From Ophelia neglecta (Eukaryota), in the NCBI GenBank assembly GCA_965285935.1, contig OZ260662.1:77748001-77812000 (forward strand): 64,000 bases of DNA, written 5' to 3'. This document shows, piece after piece, positions 25,801 to 36,697 of this stretch. The notes under the pieces are model-generated. The model was not told where the DNA came from and searched no databases. It saw only the letters and a program-made list of their open reading frames with translations. The position numbers and the translations under genes are program-made. The stretch's first letter is position 1. The number at the start of each line of letters is the position of its first letter.

Positions 25801-28147
25801 TAAGAAGCGGAAAAGTATAGACCAGTTTGCCAGTTCTCTAATCTCCGACAACTAATATAATTAAAATAGCATACTTTTAGCAAAATATTTGTTGATTATT
25901 CTTCCGACAATGGTGTCCGGTTGCATCCAGCCAAATATTAGACCGAGCAATCTGGACTAATACTTTGGTAACGACAGATAATGTTGCAGTTAATTTAGGC
26001 ACGAGGAGAGGCAATTTAGTAGTTAGTGTCCCGATAGCGGGGCGAGAGAGGGGTTCCCGGGCCCCTGTAATTTCGGCCATTCTTCTGCCAAGCCTCCCCG
26101 AGGTGCGGGGACCCGACACGATCGTTTTGTGGGACCCAGCAATATCCCCGGGCGATGGCACATGCAAATGATGCAGGTGTTGAACAATGCAGGGGAAGTC
26201 CAATGAAACCAAATAGTGACATCAATTCTAAATTACAGTGCGATGTTGAAACGTACAATTTTCTTTACACCACAATTGAAACGAAATATTTTGAAAACTT
26301 CTCTTGGGCAATATATGGGCACAATAAAATGATCTTATTTTGATACTCAAGCACGGTTTTTTTTAGTAATTCTAACGATTCAAATTGTCCTTTCCGCTCG
26401 ACAGCATGAGGAAAAGGTGCAATTTCATGAAATGTTAATTGTAAAGAACATTGACACATGTTTAAACGACCACAGAAAAGCTGCTATGAAATAAATTTTT
26501 CTTCTAGATTCTTCTGATTGACAGAGAGTTGTATTAATGAAGCGACTGGTGTGGCTGAAGATAGCCACAAAACTCCACGCTTTAATGATTCACTAATATC
26601 ATTGAAAAGCGACAGTCGTTATTGGTAAAAATTTCACTTCACTTGAGACTCGTTGGCATCCATAAACCAACAGAAGTACAATACGTACATACTGCAAGCC
26701 TTTAGGACCATAGAAATCTGGCGAGGAAGGCATGTCGTCGTATTGTACAGGGTCTGGTGAGAAATGAGCTCAGCACTTCGCTGGCCTCTCCGACCTTTTG
26801 TTCTGCATTGCTACATCCTTTTATCTGCCATTTTATTCACTATCCATTCCTTTTCTATCAAGACAAGTTGAAGAAGTAAGGATTGTCACCATCTATAAAA
26901 AGACTCTTATAACCGTTCCATCCAAGCCTCACTTTTAATCGTGACCACTAACCCGAGGTCTTTTGTATGAACTCCAGGACTTAAAGACCTTTAGCAAGTA
27001 CAACTGACAACCCCATATTAAAAGACAAATTGAGTTGGATCAAATCGACTATTTAACATCGTAGTTTATAGAAGAACATTTCTCATTTCCAGTCTATCAG
27101 CCACAGTGTACAGATAACGATCTCTAGATGACAATACCCTGTCTCGAGAGGACAGCTCTGTTTTATCTATCTCCATCATCTTTTGTTAATTGAAATAACC
27201 ATTTTGTTTCCAAATTACATTTGCCATCTCATTTAACCATGTAGCCCACCATCACACGGAGCATCAAATTGACACCGAATGCCTCATTATTTAGTGGGCA
27301 TTGATTATAGTCAATCAGATGCCATTACCGATGGGGAATTATGAACAATTTTCAGGACAACAAAAGAGCAAATTGGAGGTCAACAACTTTGTTTGTACTC
27401 CCCCTGTTTCTGACAATCTTATCAGTGTATTTTCTGCGGGAGACAATTTATATACGCCGGAAACGAATCCATTTTGAAAGGGGTGGGTGCTAGCTCTGTT
27501 TTCTGGAAAGCACGGCGTCTTTCTGTTGACGGCAATAACGGTTGTTGATGATAGTCCATACCCACCATATACAAGGTAATCAGTCCATCTCGGCTGGGGA
27601 CAATTGTATCCCGATTTTATCAGATGTCGCCCCGAGAGGGAAATCATCTCCTTTTTATTCAGTCATTTGTCAGGAGCATGTATCCCCATTGGGAAAAAAA
27701 TGCATGCAGCGTTGTATCATTTCAGACTTCGTTTTCGGGAAACTCCTATTTTTAACTTGCCAAATATGGGGTTGGGGAGGGGGGTGGGGGAGTCATTCAA
27801 ACATTGTTAAAGATGTTGCACACATATTTTAGGCCTTTTTGATTCTGACTTGACACCTTTGCCATGCCGAGTCGGTTCTAGCATATACATATATAAAATT
27901 GAGCGGTTAATAATTACAACCTGCATGGTAAACCTGAAAACTCCTACAACTTTTCGAAGAACAATATTTTGCAAGCCTATGCCTACCGGCCAATAGGCCT
28001 ACTTCTGTATCGTACAATTCAACACTAAAGGCCTATAAACATAACAATTATAGGCTTATAGGCAGCAGCTTTATACAACACACCTGTTTATTGCCGGTAA
28101 ACAACAATCTAGAAGACAGTATGTATAAAGTATGCCTTGATAAGCGA

Positions 28148-28204
28148 CCCCCAGCCCCCTCTCCCCCCCCCCTCCTCGACCCCCCTCACGCCGCCCCCCC
28201 CCCC
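28148..28204 (-). repeat. C-rich low-complexity tract (G-quadruplex-capable on the minus strand)
   Basis: Five runs of 5 or more C within 57 bp. Confidence 0.6.
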
Positions 28205-29689
28205 TGCTCTCAGTCTAAAACTATATGCGTGTGGCTAAAATGATAAATTTCTACACTATATTTCTTATATACCAACAAGTATAACTGTTTAGATACGGTC
28301 ACCAAAAGAAAGCACGCCTCACACTGCCAGTATCTAAACCTTGGAGCCTTTACTTAAAAATGGGAATTCTTGGATGTCAATTTTTATAATCAAAGACATA
28401 TTTCTACATTATATATATGTATATGATGCGTGGGCTATTGGAGTTGCGTGAGCGCCTTGATAGAGAATAATGTTCAGCCATGTATAAATATGACTTTACA
28501 AGCATTCCCTATTGGCTGTCTATTGCAATTAGTTCGCATATCTAGTAGGTAAAGCACATTGCCATTGATATAATATTAATAATTAACGAATAGTAACGTT
28601 ATTCATCGTTCATTGTGCGAGTAGTGTGATGTCAAATATGGATGAGGACAAATCGTCTCTCCTTCATTTGCAATGGAATCTCAGTAGAGAACAGAGAAAC
28701 AAGGCAAATAGGAGAGCCAAGGGCGATAGCACGGTATTCGGTGTCAATGTGTCTTTGAGGTAATACAAATCGAGAGGATCTAATTAAGCTAAGCTTTGAC
28801 AACATTGCTGACGGCAAGAATCGTCTAATATGCAATTAATACAGTTAATACTAGCCGAGCCACAGTTTTGATTGTTGGTCTTTGATGCCCTCCAAGGCTG
28901 GAGGCTACCATTCGTCGGCGATGTAATTAAGGAACTTGGCTGTCAGGTAGGCCGATGGAATCTATTAAAACGCCTTTCCGTCGCCGGATATAGGTTTCTA
29001 ATACAGTGTATGGCAGTTAATCGGAGCGCACTGATTGCGGAGAGAGCGTTAAAGTAGTTCTCTCCGTGGAGATTCCAGTCCGGTAAGGTCCATTTCCGTC
29101 ATTACTGATGGGCACTTCATATCAGTATTTCAACTCTCGATCAATGACTCAGGGGAGAAGTTGAACGTGAGCCATTTAGTACTAGTCGATACCGGCATAA
29201 TGGTTCCTTTTCTGACATTCACAGCTCTTTACTAGATCAATGACAATTTGGCGGCCACCAAGGCATTGTAAAACTAATAAAGGAGGATCTCCAATTAACG
29301 ACTACAAAACAACAAAGTCTGTATTGTCTGAAAAGAGTCTCACTGCCGTTAATGGACTTAAAAAGATAATAGGGCCAGTGTGTAAATTTCTGTGGTAAAA
29401 AAGTCAACATTAGTTTATGCCTGCAGGTAGACAAGTCCTTAAATACACATTTTCGGGAAGATACCGCATATCACACCTGATAGTGAAGGTACTATTCTGG
29501 TTCTTGTGGAAATTTATTAAAAAGATTCAAAGATAAGCTATAAGAAGAAAAAAGCCATGTAGGCTATAGATAGACCTTAGTAACAAAAGACGGAAAGGTC
29601 TTTTCATGGTTATGAATCATGGAACTAGATAAATATTGAAAACAATGCATTTGAATAATGGCATTTATAAAAGAAATCAATATCAACAA

Positions 29690-29862
29690 NNNNNNNNNNN
29701 NNNNNNNNNNNNNNNNNNNNNNNNNNNNNNNNNNNNNNNNNNNNNNNNNNNNNNNNNNNNNNNNNNNNNNNNNNNNNNNNNNNNNNNNNNNNNNNNNNNN
29801 NNNNNNNNNNNNNNNNNNNNNNNNNNNNNNNNNNNNNNNNNNNNNNNNNNNNNNNNNNNNNN
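29690..29862. other. Assembly gap (173 N)
   Basis: Run of N. Confidence 1.
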
Positions 29863-30377
29863 TTGTGTCCTGGCGTACGCTATGGCGGTGAGAAATCTGG
29901 CGTTTATCTTCATATATACAGTAATATCTGAATTATCAGGGTAGAATTTGATTCCATCTGCACTTGTAAATATTGCTAACAAAACTGACGTAGAACTGTA
30001 GGTTGTTATAATTTATCGGACAGATACAGGAGAGGTAGAAGGTAACCTGCTCTGGAAATATTGATCATCCTGAAGAGTAGTCCCTGAAATATTTTGCCAT
30101 TCTGGGGATTTGCATCTGAAAAAGTAGGGTTTGGGTACAAGCATGTATACCTTTTAAGTTATAGGCTACCGACTTTTAGGCACTCATGCTGCCAAATATT
30201 TCAGCTCTTCGAATTTCCTATCTGTAATCAAATCCAGGGTCCCTATATATTATAAAGATATATAGTTATACTAGGGCTTATTGGCATTTATTTATATCTG
30301 GATAATGATTACACGTACATGTATATCATACCATTCACATCTATTTTTGTCGCAGGGGAATTAAGAGACGAATATAG

Positions 30378-30668
30378 GACCTTGACAGAGGACCTTGACT
30401 GAGGAGCTTGACAGCGGACCTTGACAGAGGACTTTGATATATGACCTTGACAGAAGACCTTGAACTTTACAGAGCACTCTGATGAAGGACCTTGACAGAG
30501 GACCTTGAACTTGACAGAGGACTTTGACTGAGGAGCTTGACAGGGTAGCTTAACAGAGGACTTTGATAGAGACCTTGACAGTGGACCTTGAACTTGACAG
30601 AGGACTTTGATAGAGGACATTAACAGAGGACCTTGACAGACGATCTTGACTGGCGATCTTGACAGGGG
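30378..30668 (+). repeat. Minisatellite of ~21 units of 13-bp GACCTTGACAGAG, three of them a 19-bp variant (GACCTTGAACTTGACAGAG)
   Basis: Unit-by-unit parsing; accounts for the repetitive ORF 30309..30686(-). Confidence 0.9.
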
Positions 30669-32840
30669 GCTTTGTGTTGTCACCAATTCGTGCTATTACT
30701 ACGTCAAAATGCACCTATTCACCCAAAAAGGCCTTTAGGTGCACTGTGACGTATTATAGTACACGTCACTAGTTCATGACACTCTAAGATCTTAATTTGT
30801 CAAGGCCCTCTGGGAAGGTCCTCATTACATACCCTGTGTTTTCCTAGCATCGGGCATTCGCCTCCCTGTTAAGTCATTAGTGTACATCATTTATTTACAT
30901 AGCCCATATCAGCGGTTGTGGTACCTTTATCTGTGGCCCTATCTCCCACCAGTCGCCGCGCACAGGCCAATGCGATTTTTTAAAGGACCACCGAGGTAAT
31001 ATTGGCACATTGGCCGTTTTTATTGAGTTGGAAGGCCAGATATTTTGTCGTTCTCCGATGTGTCAATTATCTTTAGATTCCGCTCACGACCGCCCCGTCA
31101 ACGGGGGGCAAGCAATAGACTCCAATATATCGTTAGTTTGTAATATCCCACGTCAATGGAATCTCATAAAACTTTAATCAGTGATTAGTTGCCGGTAATG
31201 TTTATTCGCACTTGTCAGTTTCGCCTTCATTTCAGTAGAAATTCAGCGCACCAACAATGGCGGGGCTGGTCCGACAATAAAGTGGGCAGGTTGATAAAGC
31301 CCGGAGACAACACCTGCCTGCTTTAATTGTGAGGGCGCATCCCAGGGACTCGCGCTCCATTATCGTTCATCATAATGGGAGGATTCTAAGGTCCCACGGC
31401 GGGAACTTTCATTATGACCCAAGTCGTTTTGCTTGTGAGGCAATTAGTAAAACGTCTGTTTGTGATTACTATTTAGAGGGCACCCACCCGCGATCCACCT
31501 GAAAAGAGGCCCCCTGCTCCTAAATGTCCCCTGCACGGAAAGCATTTCAATTTACGGTGGAACCATTAATCTGCAGACCCATTCCTCTTCCGTTTCTCTT
31601 GCTAAAATATTAATAAACCTGATCCACACTAAATGGAAGGGCAACAATTCTCCATGAAGTTAAGTAGGCTGCGATGATTGAGTCCGTCGAGTGTGTTGAG
31701 TAGAAGAAGTTGCGTGTCAGCAACAGTCTCTTGGATGTGGGCTTGTTGAGGCTTCTTGCAGCCCCTCGATGGCTTCCCAGCAAGCCACGGGCGGCGGCAG
31801 CCAGCAGAACAGGCAGACGACCAGCCAAATGCGAGGCACGAAGAGCCTAATTTTGCATGCAGCGCAATATTGCGGGGAATAATCGCGATTCATATTTCCC
31901 GACCAAAATTGACCACATCGTGTGAAATGTACATCAGGCAAAAGCCAATGACGGCATGACAATGGTTTGGTAATTTGAAGCTGTCAGCCAAAGCTGTTAG
32001 TTTTCATACATGCCAAATGAAGGCTTTGACTGCGCGGCCCGGCTTCTCAGCGTTTCGCAGCGGGCTAAGCCAAAGAAAACAGACCCTGAAATCGCCGTTT
32101 CGTACAGCCTCTCTGCAGGACTCAGTTTGTATCGTCGGCTCCCTTACTGGGAGAGAAAATTTGTGTTTTGCCAAATAAATACCACAGCGCGCCTTTCCAT
32201 TTCCCCATAACGTTGTCAATTTCACTCGAGTAAGGTTTAGTCGACATTTTGTCCTAGCTATATAGAACAGTTATTGTGATTGTAAGCGGGCAGGCTACTA
32301 ACTTTAAGTTAACATGCGAGTTTTCATACCATAAATGGAAAGTGGAAAAGGGAAGTGGTAGCAGTATTGTTTGTGTTTTCGCGCCTTATGGGTAGTTTTT
32401 GGTGATAACAAACTATATGCTTCGTCCTTGCTATATTGAATATGGATAAAGTTACTTGTGGTTTCACCGGAAACTTTTCTCTAAAATCAGTTCAGGTAAT
32501 CATAAGGTGTCCCATCACTGATTGACTTATTAAATTCAGGACTCAAGTTGTTCCGGAAGTCAATGTTTGTGTGCGAACAGTTGCAGTGCACTTAGAACAA
32601 TGGTAAGTATTTAGCCAGGTATACATTGATGCTAAAATCTCCTTTTTAAAGATTGCACGTGGTCTGAAAACTCATCCATGAAGGAAAAACCTAAATACAA
32701 TGAAAACAATTTAAAGTTCGCCGCAGAACATATGCTTATGCCTACATAGATGTATATATATGTATGCATAGCTTATACATTTCTCAAAATACATGTACGT
32801 ATTTAGGCAGATCTTAATGTTTCGATATACAGTACATGAA

Positions 32841-33018
32841 CAGTGAAACCTGGTCTAAAGGGCACCTGGAAATTAGGGGCACCTGATAATTAGGGACATC
32901 TACATTAGGACCCAACATATCGTTTTATATGTAAAATAACCTTGAAATTAGGGGCACCTTAGAAAACAGGGCGTTTTAACACAGTCCCTTGCCTGCCCCT
33001 AATTTCCAGGTTTCACTG
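32841..33018. mobile_element. MITE (Tc1/mariner-type CAGT...ACTG ends), 178 bp
   Basis: TIR cagtgaaacctgg / ccaggtttcactg; internal aattaggggcacc repeats; TA on the right flank. Confidence 0.85.
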
Positions 33019-33022
33019 TATA

Positions 33023-33106
33023 CAGTGAAATTGAGGTCCTAATGTAGATGTCCCTAATTATCAGGTGCCCCTAATTTCCAGGTGCCCTTTAGACCAGGTT
33101 TCACTG
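33023..33106. mobile_element. Inverted, internally deleted second copy of the adjacent MITE
   Basis: 33035-33106 is the exact reverse complement of 32841-32912; begins with cagtgaaa and is followed by TA. Confidence 0.85.
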
Positions 33107-36100
33107 TAGTTGGAATACAATAAACGATGAAACCATTGTATTTTTAATCGGAAAGCCAGGCATATGCTTTATGCATTGCTATGCCTAATTTGTCCCGTTG
33201 TTCAAAGCTGTTTAGGCCGATATGAAGGAAAATAAGCAGTCAATCCTAGTAATATGCCTCTATAATGATGAGAATAACACATAGGCCTATATGCTCTAGT
33301 CTTTATAGCGACGCCTGTGGTTAAAAGTTATTAACGCCACCGAAAAGTATAAAAAGGAAAATGACACTTTCAGATCTAGGCTACTGTTGGTTTAGTGCAA
33401 GATGTGTGTCATGTTAAATCAGGTTAGACTTCAGAGTTTAAGTCTTGAAGACAAAATGAAAATTTCATTATATCAAGTATTGCATCAAAGCCTTAAACTC
33501 AATGGGCAACAGATGTGTAGATAGACATATTTCTTGATATCAATAATCTATGTATTGTCATTATATTCCTGTCCTATGCATGGCATCTCTGATGACAAAC
33601 GCGGTTCTCGTGGATACATACGTGTTGAATGGGGCGGATGATGTCAACTACCCACTGGGATAAGCCCGAAGGGAAGTCGGGATGAACATCAACAACTCCA
33701 AATCCTGCTCTCAAGTCGTTGAAAGGCTATTGCGACAGATGGGAAAGTTGAAATGTAACAATAAAGCAGACAATGTATTGCTTAAATTCCCTCGACGCGC
33801 CTCTGGGAAAAACCGTTGGAGAGCCGTGTTCCAATATGGCATCAAGATCAACCGGTGATTTTCAGGAGAGTTTTTGAAGCAGTGAGAAGGGAAAGGGTGT
33901 GATCATCCAAACACAGGCCCTCGGGGCCTTCTCCAGGGGAACAGAAGGTGTGTGAACCCGGTAGCCACGGGGGCTCGGGAAGGGCCAATAGCCGACCTCG
34001 AGGACCCTGCCGAGGGGGCAGGGCTCTCTCTATCACTCGGGTGAGATATGACCACGGGCCTATGATTACTTTGACATTGGCTTATGATAAATGGCATCCT
34101 TCCAATCGGAATCGGCAACAATTAATACAAAGACCATCTCGCTATAATTGCTTTTTTATTCACCTTCTCGAGGAGGGGTAAAGTAACAAATTTGCGGCGA
34201 CGCGGTGGGTAAAGGATCTTTAAATATATATCTACTGATGATAATGATGGTGGAACTTTAAAGGTGTCGAATTCGGCGCTTTTTGTATGATGCATCTTGG
34301 ATATGTTCTTCTCAATTAGGCCTCTATCATGATTCTATACGTCCTCTCTAGCACAGGTGAAATAGGAACTGTGGGCCGAGGCCCTCGTATTTTGTAGTAT
34401 GAATATTCAATAAATAACAAAAGGGGCACGGTGGGTGTTTTTTTATGAATCAAACCGTCTCTAGGTATGCCTATTTGCAGTGGACAAACTGAAATTCAAA
34501 TTTTTTTTTCAACTCTGCCTAGTTAACACATTTAATGCGAAAATGAATAGTTTGGTTTATATATTACTTATATGTACCTAGGACTTTATATATATCTTCA
34601 GGTAATTTAGTGTTTATGGGTGTTAAAAGAGAAAAATAAAGTAATAAGCCTATGCGGTTCCAATATATTCATTCTTTCAACCATTACGGCGATTCTCTTG
34701 GCTGAACTTCTCGGAGGTAGGAAATCGGTTTAGTTAGAATAGGTTAATGACGTGAAGACACACCCTCGACGGTCTTGAGTATCCCGGTCGCAGCCCAGAT
34801 TATAACATCTTTACACGTATTATCGCTCATCTGTCAGTGATGGTTGGAAGGTGATCCCTCGTAAAATATAAGATAGCGATAACCCTGGCCACCGATATGA
34901 CAAAAATGCCACACCCCCAGCGAGAGCTGGAGAAAGCGGAGTGCGGGGTTATCGCCTGATAGTCGGCTGGCGAGAGACGTCTATTTCGACTTGCCATTTC
35001 TCCCGGATCGATTTACACAAATGGTGACAGAAACCTGTCAAAAACATATATCAGCATCATTAATCATTTCATGTCAAATTATTCCTTCCAGTCAATCAAA
35101 CTTTCCCGAAGAAGCCTTGCCCTGAGATTCCGCTTTATCAGTTTTATATTTTGCTAAGATTCTGGTTGGTGAATCCGTAAGATTTAGCTGGTCCTTCGAT
35201 TATAATTATATAGGATGACGCATCCATTTTATGCTTACAACTGTTTATTGTTTGTTTCTTTAAATTTGGAAACTGTTGGCACAGAATACAAAGACAAACC
35301 GTTGTGGTGCCTGATTGGAGTCAGAATTTCAGATTAACCAAATAATTGATTCAATTATATTGCTAAAATCTCATCATTGTGTCGGGTAGGTGAAGCCGAG
35401 CCAGGAGAAATGTAAATATTTTGTCAGATGTTGACGGCTAGAGAAGTTGAACGAATTTTGTGTTACTGCAGGGGGTGCCTGGTGGTTGGCAAGAGTGGGC
35501 AGTTCAACGGGGTGACCCGCCGAGCAGACGATAGCACGACGTTGTCCGCCTGTCAGGACCCAGTGACGCTTTCCAGGGGAGGTAGGGAGCGTCCGACACC
35601 CTAACACAATACCCCAGCCACCAACAGTCACCCTCTCGCCGGGCAACCCACACCTCACCACTGTATACTATCCACTAATGAAATTAGTGTACAATTCTCC
35701 CCCAGTGCCGCTTTATAAAATACCAGCATGAAGACTGAAGGATTCTCCCCGGGAATTTAAACAAGAACTGCTTCCAGGGGCTTAATCTTGTTGTCATATT
35801 GGCCAAAATCTGCGAAACGAAGTAGAAGCTATAAGGATTTATCGTCCATGCACGCGGGCGAGACTTCCTGCAGTATGACAAGCTGGATGTCCGCATCGGA
35901 TGTGTACTATTTTAATTATGAAATTAGCAGGAGAGAGATTGAAAACCCACCACCCCCAGCGTCTTTCTCGACAGGACACAGTGCCGCAATAATTTTATTA
36001 GTAATTAACACAGGTAGTCCTTTGATAGCATCTCTACCTGTTGAGCGTCTGGTATAGTTCCCGTACTTTATGATTTTAATTTCCTATCCTAATTTACTTA

Positions 36101-36509
36101 CTTCTGCTGTGGCATGCTAGGCTCCTGGGGAGAGAGTATGCTAAGCTGATAAGATGAGTATATTCTTAATTATTAATTGGATTCTTGGGGTCAGCACCGA
36201 CGGAGCTTTCTATGGGACGTATTGATCTAATAAAAGTGGGTGTCCTCTTCAAATAATTAGAAAATAATTATCTTAATTATACGGTAAGTATACAGTGATT
36301 TGTCGGTTGTAAATCAAGCCATTCAACAAAGTGATTTTACATAGAATATAGGTTATATCATTTACAGAATGTGAAAAGTTCTTTCCTTCGTATTTATTTC
36401 TGAAAGCCAAAAATTCCGACAAGAAAAAAAGAAATAGGCCTAACGGTTAAAGCAATTTGGGTTTTAAAGATTAGTGTTAGGGTGTCATGTGTGGGCACGC
36501 TTCGCTATA

Positions 36510-36697
36510 CAGTGAAACCTGCCTTAAAGCTTCAAGACCATCTCTATAATCAGACCACCTATCAATTCAGACCACTAATATATTAAGGCCTGTGCTGTAT
36601 ACTTTTAACGTTATATTACCTGTCTAAACAGACCACCTCCGAAATCGGGCCAGCATTTTCCAGTCCCTTTGGTGGTCTTTATTCACAGGTGTCACTG
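36510..36697. mobile_element. MITE (Tc1/mariner-type), 188 bp, TA target-site duplication
   Basis: TA|cagtgaaacctg ... caggtgtcactg|TA; internal agaccac repeats; same architecture as 32841-33018, including cagtccctt near the right end. Confidence 0.85.

Noticed and set aside
28866-28890. Partial match to the miR-315 5' end (ttttgattgttg)
   Set aside because: Only 12 nt match and no precursor hairpin visible.
29636-29982. ORFs spanning the N-run
   Set aside because: Artefacts of the assembly gap.
30378-30668. CRISPR-like array
   Set aside because: Units are contiguous with no unique spacers; no cas genes; eukaryotic context.
30309-30686. 125-aa repetitive ORF on the minus strand (SSVKV...CQGP)
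   Set aside because: Translation of a 13-bp minisatellite; the unit is not a multiple of 3 and the same peptides cycle through frames.
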